Of a stretch of 64,000 bases of DNA, positions 1 through 9,228 are shown one piece after another. The first letter of the stretch is position 1, and each line of letters starts with the position of its first letter. The stretch is from an uncultured virus (IMG/VR IMGVR_UViG_3300025009_000077). Taxonomy: Duplodnaviria; Heunggongvirae; Uroviricota; Caudoviricetes. The translations under genes were made by a program, and so were the position numbers. The notes beneath the pieces were generated by a model. That model was not told where the DNA came from. It saw only the letters and a list, made by a program, of their open reading frames with translations, and did no database searches. Where the stretch lies: positions 1 through 64,000 of IMG/VR virus record IMGVR_UViG_3300025009_000077; one strand, written 5' to 3'.

Positions 1-2
1 AG

Positions 3-272
3 AAGTTCGAGGATGTTCAAGATGTCCTTCAAAATAAACCTAGGTCTGGCGGAGGAACATGCTTCAGGGTATGTTTTGAAGCTATCCATAAAAGGGATGA
101 TTTTAGAACTGAAGACATAGCTGGTATAGTTCTATTGACAGACGGTGAATGTTACTATGACGAATGTGAGGAACTCGCAGAGGGCATCCCTACCCTTTGG
201 ATATTCACTCAAAATCATATACAAGAAGCTCCCTTTGGACGTTCTGTATATCTAAACGATGGTAAGAAATAA
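3..272 (+). CDS. C-terminal fragment of vWA-like protein (DUF2201-type), partner of the MoxR ATPase
   Basis: Frame 3 reads ...SGGGTCF...IVLLTDGECY...PTLW...APFG to TAA at 270-272; GGGT and TDG are vWA motifs; lies directly upstream of a MoxR ATPase. Confidence 0.75.
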   Translation, partial: KFEDVQDVLQNKPRSGGGTCFRVCFEAIHKRDDFRTEDIAGIVLLTDGECYYDECEELAEGIPTLWIFTQNHIQEAPFGRSVYLNDGKK

Positions 273-307
273 TTGTAACAAATAACTTAACATAAAAAGA
301 AAAAGTA

Positions 308-336
308 TTGACTTAATTAAATTATATTGTTAGTAT
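308..336 (+). promoter_or_regulatory. sigma70/sigmaA-type early promoter
   Basis: TTGACT-N17-TAGTAT with upstream TG. Confidence 0.55.
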
Positions 337-391
337 AATAATATGAAAAGAATTCAAGTAGAAAATTTATTTAAAAAGGAGAACTTTATTT

Positions 392-1552
392 ATGGCTGAA
401 AACTTAGGACAAAAACTCAAAGTGAATGAATTAATTAATCTTATGGTTAATTATGCAGGAAATGTTTACACAAAAACAGGCTCATTTAAAAAAGTACAAC
501 CTATCATGTTGTGGGGAAGCCCTGGTATAGGTAAATCTCAAGCTATGGGTCAAGTAGTTGAAAAACTGGGTAAAAAATTTAGTAAAAAAACTCATACGAG
601 TGATGTAAGATTATTATTATTTAATCCAGTGGATTTAAGAGGTATCCCTGTTCCATCTGTGGATGACCAAGACATACTAGATAATCCATCTCAAGAAAAT
701 ATTGATAAATTAAAACCAACTGTGGCTAAATGGTTAAGACCTCAATTATTCAACATGAATCCTTCTAACGAATACATGAACTTTTTAATCTTGGATGAAA
801 TATCAGCAGCACCTCCCACTGTACAAGCAGCAGCTTATCAGATAACTTTAGATAGACAGATAGGAGAGCACAAATTACCTGATAACTGTTTAGTTATGTG
901 TGCTGGTAACGAAGTAACCGATAAGTCTGTAGCTTATAAAATGCCTAAAGCATTAGCTAATAGATTAGCCCATCTTAAAATAACCGTAGAAATTGATGAC
1001 TGGAAAGCTTGGGCTTTACCTAATGGCATCTCTGAAAAAGTAGTAGGATATCTTAACTATCAAAATTCTATGTTACATAAATTTGATGCTAATTCTGATG
1101 ATAACGCATTCCCCACACCTCGTTCTTGGGAAAAAGTATCCGAAGTTCTTAACTATTTAAGTGTAGAAGATGCTATGCCTTTAATCTCTGGATTAATAGG
1201 AGAAGGAAATAGTTTTGACTTTTATCAATACACTAAATTGTATTCTAAACTTCCTAATCCAGAATACATTTTAGAAGGTAATTTCAAACAAGCCCCTATC
1301 CCTAATTCCCCTGATGTAATGTTTGCTCTTTGTTCTAGCTTAACAGCTAAAGCACTGAAAGCAGATAAACAACAATTGGAAAATATATTTAGATATACAC
1401 TACAAGACGGTTTCGTTGGTGAATATGCAGTATTGTTGGCTAGAGATATCCTAAGATTAGACGCTAACATTCAAACTATAATGGCTTCTACTCAAACTTT
1501 CTTAGACTTCAGTAAAAAATATAAGTTCATTCTTGGTGCAACTAGAGGATAA
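392..1552 (+). CDS. MoxR-like AAA+ ATPase
   Basis: Walker A GSPGIGKS, DLRG, Walker B LILDE, ALANR and PTPRSW motifs; AGGAG RBS. Confidence 0.9.
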   Translation: MAENLGQKLKVNELINLMVNYAGNVYTKTGSFKKVQPIMLWGSPGIGKSQAMGQVVEKLGKKFSKKTHTSDVRLLLFNPVDLRGIPVPSVDDQDILDNPSQENIDKLKPTVAKWLRPQLFNMNPSNEYMNFLILDEISAAPPTVQAAAYQITLDRQIGEHKLPDNCLVMCAGNEVTDKSVAYKMPKALANRLAHLKITVEIDDWKAWALPNGISEKVVGYLNYQNSMLHKFDANSDDNAFPTPRSWEKVSEVLNYLSVEDAMPLISGLIGEGNSFDFYQYTKLYSKLPNPEYILEGNFKQAPIPNSPDVMFALCSSLTAKALKADKQQLENIFRYTLQDGFVGEYAVLLARDILRLDANIQTIMASTQTFLDFSKKYKFILGATRG

Positions 1553-1563
1553 ATTATAAATAT

Positions 1564-1593
1564 GGGAAGGTACTAACCTACCTTCCCTATTTT
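1564..1593 (+). terminator. intrinsic terminator
   Basis: GGGAAGGTA/TACCTTCCC stem followed by TATTTT. Confidence 0.7.
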
Positions 1594-1609
1594 AACTTCG
1601 GAGTGTGAT

Positions 1610-2662
1610 ATGATTCAAATAGCTGTAACAAAAAATAAATTAATAGAATTGCAAGAATCCAATATATCTTATAATATATTAAACAGCTATTATGAAAAGG
1701 ATTGCAATAGTGAAAGGTACAGAAAAATATACGAGGTAATGCTACAAAATAAACCAATATTTATTCCTAATAAAGAAAAAGATTTAGTTATTTTAGCAAA
1801 ACTATCCAAATTTGAAAATTTGAAAAATTTTAAGATAGACTACGATTTGACTGGTGGTAAGATATCTAATATATTAGACGTAAATGAAATAAAAATGTGT
1901 TGTGGTTTGAAAGAAATTAAAAAATCGTACCTTTTAGTGAACGAAGTATCTAGGAAAAAATGTACTACTGCTTTATACTGTAAAGACTGTTTGAAGACTA
2001 TTAAAGTAGATATCTTAGATAATAAAATGATAAATAGTTTACAAGATAGAACAAGTAGTATAGCTAACTATTTTCCTATAGAAATATTTTTAGCCAGTGT
2101 TATACAGGTATGTGAAGAAGAAAGTGCTTTTGGGGGATGGACATATAATAAAGAAGATACTTCTAATAATACTCCTATAATAGCATGGAATAAATTAATG
2201 AAAAATGATATCCCTCGTGAGGAATATATTGAAGAAGCTAAAAATTATATTAATTTGTACAATACAAATATAATGTCTGGAAGGGTATCCGAGTTTTTAG
2301 CCAGTATAAAATTATTATCCGATAAAAAATTTGTGTCATACCAAGATATAAATACAGTATCCTTTCTTTATAAAAGTGTTAGAGATTTCTTGGATAGAAA
2401 TAATCAAAGTTTTGTGGGGGAGGTAGGTAAAGACTTTCAAGGTACCGTAAAATTCTTAACTAGAATACAAACAGAAACAAGATTTGGGTTATGTAACATT
2501 TATAAATTTCAACATGAAGGTAATGATTTAACATACATGTCTAATACGTTTTTAGATTTAACAGCAGGTAGTTTTTATCCTATAAAAGGAAAGATAAAAG
2601 AACATAGTATATATAAAGATAATAAACAAACAAGAATAAGTAATGTAGAAATGGGAGTTTAA
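1610..2662 (+). CDS. hypothetical protein with C-terminal OB-fold-like domain
   Basis: C-terminus FVGEVG...TRFG...YKF..EGN...KGKIKEH..YK..KQT resembles a common phage OB-fold family; CxxC present. Confidence 0.5.
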   Translation: MIQIAVTKNKLIELQESNISYNILNSYYEKDCNSERYRKIYEVMLQNKPIFIPNKEKDLVILAKLSKFENLKNFKIDYDLTGGKISNILDVNEIKMCCGLKEIKKSYLLVNEVSRKKCTTALYCKDCLKTIKVDILDNKMINSLQDRTSSIANYFPIEIFLASVIQVCEEESAFGGWTYNKEDTSNNTPIIAWNKLMKNDIPREEYIEEAKNYINLYNTNIMSGRVSEFLASIKLLSDKKFVSYQDINTVSFLYKSVRDFLDRNNQSFVGEVGKDFQGTVKFLTRIQTETRFGLCNIYKFQHEGNDLTYMSNTFLDLTAGSFYPIKGKIKEHSIYKDNKQTRISNVEMGV

Positions 2663-2665
2663 AAA

Positions 2666-2941
2666 ATGATTAAAAGAGCAGAAAAGAATAGTCAAGTTTT
2701 ATTTGGTCTTCATGAACTACAAGTATCCTTGGGTATTTGTAGAACTAAAGTTAATAATACTTTAAGGATAGAAGATAAAATAACTGAAGAAGGAGTAGAT
2801 ATTATATTTTTTGATTCAGGTGCCATATCCTTAGTTATTAGAAAATTACAAGAATTAAAAAAGGGCATTGTTTCAGAAGAAATTAGAATAAAAAAAGAAA
2901 GTAAAAAGAGCAAAAAGAAGGAAGAACCAAAAAATGATTAA
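2666..2941 (+). CDS. hypothetical protein
   Basis: ORF with GGAG RBS, operon packing. Confidence 0.6.
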   Translation: MIKRAEKNSQVLFGLHELQVSLGICRTKVNNTLRIEDKITEEGVDIIFFDSGAISLVIRKLQELKKGIVSEEIRIKKESKKSKKKEEPKND

Positions 2942-3239
2942 TGAACAACTCTACAACTATGATGATTGTGTGGAAAATACCTCTCCTGAAATAAGCCTAT
3001 ATGAACACGGAGTAGTACGTAATTCCTATACGGGAGAAACTCTATTCTATAATAAGAAGGAAGAAAAAGTTTCTGAACGTATTATAAGCTTAGAAGATGT
3101 TCAGTATGCTTTAGATAATGTAGATGAAGATTTCTTTTCATATACAGATAAAGACAGAGAACATTATGACGGATTATCTGAAGATAGTTTATCAGAAACT
3201 ATAATGCACTTAAATGAATATTCGAGGTTTTTTCTATAA
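2934..3239 (+). CDS. hypothetical acidic protein
   Basis: ORF overlapping previous stop. Confidence 0.6.
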   Translation: MINEQLYNYDDCVENTSPEISLYEHGVVRNSYTGETLFYNKKEEKVSERIISLEDVQYALDNVDEDFFSYTDKDREHYDGLSEDSLSETIMHLNEYSRFFL

Positions 3240-3240
3240 A

Positions 3241-3675
3241 ATGAACAATCTTAATATCCAAGATTTATTATTCATAGAAAATAATAAAGATAAGAAATTT
3301 AAGATATTTATATATAATTTTCTTAAATCGGAGTTTAGTAGGTCGGATATATTTAATAATCCCGATTGTTTTTTCTTCGGTGAAAGAATTACTGAGTCTA
3401 ATTATACCATGTATGATTTGGGAGATTACCCTATAATGTCAGATTTAGAACCTTCTGACTATCCCATAAAAGGAGAACTCTATGAAGTCAATTCAGAGAT
3501 ATTATTATACCTAGATAAAATACACCATATTTGCAATAGGACGGAGATAAAATTAAACGATGGAACTATATGTGAATCCTATATAGCATCTATAAAATTA
3601 AATAATAAAAAGATATTACCCGACATAGATAATAGTTTATCATGGAGAATTAAAAATGATAGTAAACGTAGTTAA
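3241..3675 (+). CDS. gamma-glutamylcyclotransferase (AIG2)-like protein, degenerate active site
   Basis: IFIYNFLK (cf. FVYGTL), MYDLGDYP, IKGELYEV motifs; start moved to ATG 3241 after GAGG. Confidence 0.65.
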   Translation: MNNLNIQDLLFIENNKDKKFKIFIYNFLKSEFSRSDIFNNPDCFFFGERITESNYTMYDLGDYPIMSDLEPSDYPIKGELYEVNSEILLYLDKIHHICNRTEIKLNDGTICESYIASIKLNNKKILPDIDNSLSWRIKNDSKRS

Positions 3676-4018
3676 AAATACTATATTAATATCTACTGAA
3701 GATAAAAAAGTAGCTATAAATGCCTATCTTAATTTTGAAAGAGTGGTGGACTCCGAAGATTTAACAGGAGAGGTGGGAATACTTCCAATATTTTCTATAT
3801 ATGCTATGATTTTAGATACCTCAGAAGAAGCTAAGTCTTTATATAAAGATATGTATAAAGAACTTCTGATAGTTATGGGAGCTCTGTTTCCAGAACCCTA
3901 TTATATAAATAATTTTGAATCTGTTGAAAAAATATATACCCTAAAAGAAGGTTTATTAGAACAAACTCAAGGTACAAAATTACCCCAACTTACTACTATG
4001 AAATTATATAAAGACTAA
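3656..4018 (+). CDS. hypothetical protein
   Basis: ORF with GGAG RBS. Confidence 0.6.
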   Translation: MIVNVVKNTILISTEDKKVAINAYLNFERVVDSEDLTGEVGILPIFSIYAMILDTSEEAKSLYKDMYKELLIVMGALFPEPYYINNFESVEKIYTLKEGLLEQTQGTKLPQLTTMKLYKD

Positions 4019-4050
4019 AAATTGTCAGCCATAAATACGTATTTATTTCT

Positions 4051-4076
4051 ACCCAATCCCAAAAGGATTGGGTTTA
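4051..4076 (+). terminator. intrinsic terminator ending the early block
   Basis: ACCCAATCC/GGATTGGGT stem then TT, abutting a late motif. Confidence 0.7.
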
Positions 4077-4121
4077 TATTATATTTGAGAACTGACTCTA
4101 TTTCATTTATATTATAAATAG
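4073..4121 (+). promoter_or_regulatory. tandem late promoter motifs (4073, 4106)
   Basis: TTTATATTATATTTGA and TTTATATTATAAATAG. Confidence 0.75.
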
Positions 4122-4137
4122 TAGAGAGGAATAAATA

Positions 4138-4743
4138 ATGAGAATTAAAAATAAATCATTAAAAAATACAGCTTATGTGTACCTATTAGGAAATCTAAAG
4201 ATAGCAGAAGATACGACTATAAACGTACCTTTACAATTTACAGAAGCTCAGGTAAGGGAAGCCATATCTCCTTTCCCAGACTTAGTTTTATTGGATGGGT
4301 ATGTTGTAAGTCAGGACGATATATTGGACGGTAAACAACTTGGTCATGACGGTATCATGGTTAAAGACGTTTACGATGCTAACTTAAATAACATAGTAGA
4401 CGAAGCTGAAGTTGCTTTATCTGGAGGAAACCCTTCAATAGAGTTAGATTTCATATATTCTGATTTTATCTCTGGTTCCTTAGATATCGGGATATTAAAA
4501 GCTAATTTAAATATAGAAGAAATAAAACTTATAATAGATAATCCTTTCGATGTGGGAAGTATAACAGTTGGGGATGCTGGAGACAATTCAAGATTAATGA
4601 CTTCTACCGATAATGATGTAACCTATGCAAGTAGCTACATAGTTGGAAGCGAATATGTATACCCAGCAGATACTACAGTAAAAATATACTTTACAGGAAA
4701 TCCTATAACTGGTTCTGGAAAGATTGTAATATTTTCAAGTTAG
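4138..4743 (+). CDS. putative virion structural protein
   Basis: Late motif upstream; C-terminal beta-rich domain resembles the C-terminus of the next protein. Confidence 0.55.
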   Translation: MRIKNKSLKNTAYVYLLGNLKIAEDTTINVPLQFTEAQVREAISPFPDLVLLDGYVVSQDDILDGKQLGHDGIMVKDVYDANLNNIVDEAEVALSGGNPSIELDFIYSDFISGSLDIGILKANLNIEEIKLIIDNPFDVGSITVGDAGDNSRLMTSTDNDVTYASSYIVGSEYVYPADTTVKIYFTGNPITGSGKIVIFSS

Positions 4744-4757
4744 TACAAATTTTTTAA

Positions 4758-4773
4758 TTTATATTATATATGA
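4758..4773 (+). promoter_or_regulatory. late promoter motif
   Basis: TTTATATTATATATGA. Confidence 0.7.
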
Positions 4774-4836
4774 AGGCTTGTTGCCAAAAATTAATATAAT
4801 TATACATACGTAGTAGAAAAGAGTAGGAGAATTAGA

Positions 4837-7161
4837 ATGTCATTATTTTCAGTGTTATTAGGTACTATGAAAACTGATTTCTTAATCGGTGGTCCTAAAG
4901 GCATTATGCTTAGAAAAGTAACCAACGGTTTTGAAGTTAGAAGTTTTGATGGTTCGGCTTTAAAAAATCTTACAGTAGACAGTTTAACAGCCAATACTTC
5001 AGTTTTAACAGATACTATCACAGAAAAAACAACCGATGCTGGTGTTACCATTGAAACAGTTCTTATTAAAGATGGTTTAGTAGATGGTATGGATGTTTCA
5101 ACATTAGCAGTTGACTCCACAGTTATTAAAAAAGATGGTACGGTTGCATTTACGGCAGCTCAATCAATGGGTGGTTTTAAATTAACAAGTGTGGCAGACC
5201 CTACAGTAGCTCAAGATGCAGCCACAAAAGCATACGTAGACTCAGTAGCTCAGGGTTTAACAGTACATGCTCCTGTTAGACTAGCTAGTGTGGACGTGTT
5301 ACCTGCTTGTACACCTTCTGGTTCTCAAGTTGGTAAGACTTTAACAGCAGATGCTAATGGTGCTTTATCTATAGATGGTATTGCTGTTGTGGCAGGTGAT
5401 AGAATATTAGTTAAAAACCAAGTAGCAGGAGTAGATAACGGTATTTATGTTGTAACTGCTGTCGGTGATGTATCCAATCCATTCGTATTAACAAGAGCTA
5501 CAGATTTTGATGGAAGCCCTGCATCCGAAGTAGTATCGGGTTCATTCTTCTTCGTAGAAGCAGGTAGTACCTTAGCCGATGCAGGTTTTGTATTAACTAC
5601 AGATAATCCTATCACAGTTGATACAACAGCGTTAGCATTTGCTCAATTCTCTGGTGCTGGTCAAGTTCTGGCTGGTGATGGACTTTCAAAAACAGGTAAT
5701 ACCCTAAGTGTAAACGTAGATGCTACTACTATAGAAATTAATACAGATACGTTAAGAGTTAAAGACTTAGGAATATCTACAGCAAAATTAGCAAACGATT
5801 CAGTAGATAAAGATAAAATTAACGCTGATGTGGCGGGTTCTGGTTTAGGTCAAAATGTCGACGGTTCTTTAGAAGTTAAAGTCGACGATTCTACCATTGA
5901 AATAAATACAGATATATTAAGAGTTAAAGCTGGCGGAATCACAAACAACGAGGTTTCTGCTACAGCAGCTATAGCATGGTCTAAAATAGACAAAACAGGT
6001 TCTTCCTTAGCAGATTTAGCTACAAAAGCTTATACTGATTTAACTGGAAGACCTGCTGACGATAACTTTAATACATTAACAGAAGAAACAAGCATAGCAG
6101 ATGGAGATTTCTTACCTATATACGATGCTTCTGCTACAGCTTATAGAAAAATGCAAAAATCAAACTTGGTTGCTGGCTTGGCAGTCGATTCCGCAGTTGT
6201 CCACTTAGCTGGTGCTGAAGCAATAACTGGTCAAAAAGATTTCCAAGATGACCTTAAAACAGATAATATCTTAGAATCTACCCTTAACGCTGGTGTTACT
6301 GTTGATGGAGTTCTTATCAAAGACGGTTTAGTCGATGGTATGGATGTTTCAACATTAGCTACAGATTCAGCAGTTGTCCATTTATCAGGTGCTGAAGTTG
6401 TTACAGGTCAAAAAGATTTCTCGGGTGGTATAAAAACTGATGATATCGTAGAATCTACTCTTGATGCTGGTGTTACCATTGAAACAGTTCTTATTAAAGA
6501 TGGTTTAGTCGATGGTAAAGACGTTTCAACATTAGCTACAGATTCAGCAGTTGTCCATTTAGCTGGTACTGAAACAGTAACAGGAGACAAATCCTTCTCT
6601 GGAGCTGTTAAAGTGGACACTATCTCTGAATTAACACCTGCTAATGGTGTTAGCATAGACGGTGTTTTACTTAAAGATAGTAAAGTTTCTGGTAGTTATG
6701 TAGACATCGCTAGTCTAACGGCTGCAACATCAGCAGACGACAGTGATGAATTGTTAATTAACGATTCTGGCACTAACAAGAAAATAACAAAAGCTAACTT
6801 ACTTTCTGGTATCGCTACATCTAACGGTTTAGCAAAACACATAGCGATAACAGTTGGTACTTCGAGCGTAAGTTCCACTACATCAATCCCTGAAAATGCT
6901 ATTGTTAAATCAGTAACAACTAGAATAAACTCAGTTTATTCAGCAGGTGCTACTCTTCAAGTTATCGTAGACGGTGCTACCGACTTAGAAATTCAAGCTA
7001 CTGGAGATAATGATGCTGAAACAGCTAACGCATACGAATCAAGACCTTTCTTGACAGTAGGTGCAACTAACGTAGGTGTTGCTAGAGTCGTAGTAGCTGG
7101 TTCTCCTGTTATAGGTTCTGCTACGGTACTTATCGAATACGTAGAAGCTCCTTTAGCATAA
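4837..7161 (+). CDS. fiber/decoration structural protein with internal repeats
   Basis: DAATKAYVD, GDRILVKNQ..NGIYVV..TRATDFD and AGDGLSKTGNTL motifs typical of phage fibers; 59-aa repeats. Confidence 0.7.
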   Translation: MSLFSVLLGTMKTDFLIGGPKGIMLRKVTNGFEVRSFDGSALKNLTVDSLTANTSVLTDTITEKTTDAGVTIETVLIKDGLVDGMDVSTLAVDSTVIKKDGTVAFTAAQSMGGFKLTSVADPTVAQDAATKAYVDSVAQGLTVHAPVRLASVDVLPACTPSGSQVGKTLTADANGALSIDGIAVVAGDRILVKNQVAGVDNGIYVVTAVGDVSNPFVLTRATDFDGSPASEVVSGSFFFVEAGSTLADAGFVLTTDNPITVDTTALAFAQFSGAGQVLAGDGLSKTGNTLSVNVDATTIEINTDTLRVKDLGISTAKLANDSVDKDKINADVAGSGLGQNVDGSLEVKVDDSTIEINTDILRVKAGGITNNEVSATAAIAWSKIDKTGSSLADLATKAYTDLTGRPADDNFNTLTEETSIADGDFLPIYDASATAYRKMQKSNLVAGLAVDSAVVHLAGAEAITGQKDFQDDLKTDNILESTLNAGVTVDGVLIKDGLVDGMDVSTLATDSAVVHLSGAEVVTGQKDFSGGIKTDDIVESTLDAGVTIETVLIKDGLVDGKDVSTLATDSAVVHLAGTETVTGDKSFSGAVKVDTISELTPANGVSIDGVLLKDSKVSGSYVDIASLTAATSADDSDELLINDSGTNKKITKANLLSGIATSNGLAKHIAITVGTSSVSSTTSIPENAIVKSVTTRINSVYSAGATLQVIVDGATDLEIQATGDNDAETANAYESRPFLTVGATNVGVARVVVAGSPVIGSATVLIEYVEAPLA
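6286..6680 (+). repeat. 177-nt (59-aa) tandem coding repeats, with a dispersed copy near 5035
   Basis: GVT[IV]..VLIKDGLVDG.DVSTLA units at 6286, 6463 and partly 6640; 5035-5081 matches 6463-6509. Confidence 0.85.
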
Positions 7162-7181
7162 TAGTTAATCTAAAAAATAAA

Positions 7182-7215
7182 TAAACAAGAGGGTGTAAAA
7201 AGCCCTCTTGTTTTA
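7182..7215 (+). terminator. intrinsic terminator
   Basis: AAACAAGAGGG/CCCTCTTGTTT stem. Confidence 0.75.
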
Positions 7216-7225
7216 TTATGGTTGA

Positions 7226-7241
7226 TTTATATTATATTTAG
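7226..7241 (+). promoter_or_regulatory. late promoter motif
   Basis: TTTATATTATATTTAG. Confidence 0.75.
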
Positions 7242-7269
7242 GGAATGGTATTTTACGAGGAAATTAAAT

Positions 7270-7725
7270 ATGATAGATTTAGGTGCTACTACATTAAAAG
7301 ATTGTTTATCCTTTTTAAGTATACCAGCTTACTATGCCAGTAGCATTGGTATCATAGTATTAATTATAAAATATGCAGGTAAGTGGATATTTAAGAAAGT
7401 AGTAGAAGATATAATTAAAAAATATTATGAGGACAATTTGCAAAAAGGGGTAAGCTCTGAGATAGATAAAAAAGTAAAAGACTGTAAAGAAGAATTAAAA
7501 GAAGAATTAAAAGAAGAAATATTTGAAGAAACAGAGAATTTAATAGAGAACCATACTATTAAATGTAAAAATACTAACTTAGAACACAATGACCAAAGAT
7601 ATCTATTGAGACAAGAGTTCAAAATGTTCTTAGACAGTCAAGCAAAAACTAATGAAAAATTAGAGATATCTATATCTGAGATAAGAAATACATGTAATCA
7701 GATATTGTTAAAATTAACAGATTAA
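7270..7725 (+). CDS. single-TM coiled-coil membrane protein, holin candidate
   Basis: Hydrophobic N-terminus then charged coiled coil; own late motif; start moved to ATG 7270 after GAGG. Confidence 0.45.
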   Translation: MIDLGATTLKDCLSFLSIPAYYASSIGIIVLIIKYAGKWIFKKVVEDIIKKYYEDNLQKGVSSEIDKKVKDCKEELKEELKEEIFEETENLIENHTIKCKNTNLEHNDQRYLLRQEFKMFLDSQAKTNEKLEISISEIRNTCNQILLKLTD

Positions 7726-7770
7726 TCATTACTCGTATATCATCTGTATAAATCGAAATACGTAGTCGTT

Positions 7771-7795
7771 ATAGAGCCTTTATGAGGCTCTATTT
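7771..7795. terminator. hairpin/terminator between convergent units
   Basis: ATAGAGCCT/AGGCTCTAT stem. Confidence 0.6.
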
Positions 7796-7814
7796 CTATA
7801 TTCAAAATATAACA

Positions 7815-7897
7815 AATAAAAACTGAGCAGTAAAGGAGGAAACCTGCTCAGAAAAACTTCATAGTAAATTGTATATAGTATTCAATTATAATATAAA
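7815..7897 (-). ncRNA. candidate late small RNA with anti-SD loop (promoter plus terminator unit)
   Basis: Minus-strand TTTATATTATAATTGA (7897-7882), then CTGAGCAG-GTTTCCTCCTTTA-CTGCTCAG-TTTTT. Confidence 0.45.
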
Positions 7898-7907
7898 ATA
7901 CAATTTC

Positions 7908-8111
7908 TTATATTATTAAATTTTTTGCTGTTTCTAATAAACTTTTTGCTGTTAATTGTACTTCTGAATCTTTATCAATATTTGCTAGATTAATAAAAGT
8001 ACAGATTAAAGACTTCAATAACTCTTCCCTATTTTCCCCAGACTGGTAAAGTTCAAAAACCAGCTCCTCTAGGCTATCCTTCCCTAAACCCATTATCCAG
8101 TATCCTCTCAA
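7908..8111 (-). CDS. hypothetical protein
   Basis: ORF co-oriented with and overlapping the DenV-like gene. Confidence 0.5.
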   Translation of the reverse strand: MRGYWIMGLGKDSLEELVFELYQSGENREELLKSLICTFINLANIDKDSEVQLTAKSLLETAKNLII

Positions 8112-8730
8112 TCAGTATTTGCTCTTCTAAAGTTAAGTTACCTAAGGATACCCAACTATCCTCTAATTTTTTTTGTATAACAATACCTGTATCACTATCC
8201 CTGTATATTCTTAAATTGGTACCTATGTGTTCAAAATAATCCATGTATAGAGTTCTCTGGGTCTCGTCTAATTTATTTAAAAACCAATCTGGAGCTTTTT
8301 GTCTATAATTGGATATTTTAGCTTTTTCCATAACATAATAATTTCTATAGGCTTCTACAGAATTTCCTTCCATTTTATACCTATCTGGAAGTAACTGAGG
8401 AAATTCCATAAGTCCTCCTTTGGGTAATTCAGGAACTATAATGGAAGATAAATCTATAGTAGTATTATGATATTTACCATAAATGGTATAAAAATGACGT
8501 TGCACGGATTGAGCGTATTCTACTAACCATTCAAAATTAGATTTAGAGATACTAGCCCAACTAACTACAGCGTTACTTTTATTTATTACTTTTTGAGGCA
8601 TAGAAGAATCGGTGTAATTTTCCAATACCGTACAAATTACAGTACAAGCACTTCCCAGTTGACAAGATAGATGTTTATCCGACAAATAGATTCCTGCTAA
8701 TTCTGGATTATTGTCTAAAAAATAAATCAT
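8074..8730 (-). CDS. pyrimidine-dimer DNA glycosylase / endonuclease V (DenV)-family protein
   Basis: MIYFLDNNP..A....DKH, W...S..NFEWL, PQ.LPD.Y, VEAYRNYY...K motifs. Confidence 0.75.
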   Translation of the reverse strand: MIYFLDNNPELAGIYLSDKHLSCQLGSACTVICTVLENYTDSSMPQKVINKSNAVVSWASISKSNFEWLVEYAQSVQRHFYTIYGKYHNTTIDLSSIIVPELPKGGLMEFPQLLPDRYKMEGNSVEAYRNYYVMEKAKISNYRQKAPDWFLNKLDETQRTLYMDYFEHIGTNLRIYRDSDTGIVIQKKLEDSWVSLGNLTLEEQILIERILDNGFREG

Positions 8731-8762
8731 AATTTTAATATTTCCTTATTTATTATATATAC

Positions 8763-8826
8763 ATTGTAACATATTGTTAATGTTTTGTCAAGATGTATTG
8801 ATATAATTGATTATTGGTGGTATGAT
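8763..8826. promoter_or_regulatory. divergent sigma70-type promoters
   Basis: Minus strand TTGACA(8791-8786)-N17-TACAAT; plus strand TTGATA(8798)-N17-TATGAT; both with TG. Confidence 0.7.
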
Positions 8827-8850
8827 ATACACTATATTAAGGAGTTAATT

Positions 8851-9186
8851 ATGAATGATTTAGATTGCCAAATAACCCTCTGGAACAAGAACTTAACTAA
8901 TTACTACAATCCAAAAAGAGTGGCAGAGATTAGATACTACAGTAAAAACAGGCTTTCATTTAAATTATATATTAAAAAAGAAAGTGAACTATTAGATAAC
9001 AATTTTAGAAAATTTTTTCAGGATAAAAGAAACAGTACTAAGTTAGGGGGAATTTTAAAAAAATTATTAAACGATTATAAATTTATTCAAGATTCTGGGT
9101 CATTCTTCAAAGGATTTTTTAACCCGATAAATTGGAAAAGATATGAGAAAGATTATATAGTTTACGAATATTTTATATCTAAGTAA
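8851..9186 (+). CDS. hypothetical protein
   Basis: Start moved to ATG 8851 after AGGAG, downstream of the promoter. Confidence 0.6.
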   Translation: MNDLDCQITLWNKNLTNYYNPKRVAEIRYYSKNRLSFKLYIKKESELLDNNFRKFFQDKRNSTKLGGILKKLLNDYKFIQDSGSFFKGFFNPINWKRYEKDYIVYEYFISK

Positions 9187-9188
9187 GG

Positions 9189-9204
9189 TTTATATTATAT
9201 TTAG
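9189..9204 (+). promoter_or_regulatory. late promoter motif
   Basis: TTTATATTATATTTAG. Confidence 0.75.
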
Positions 9205-9228
9205 GCTTAGATAATCAAGTATAAGGGT

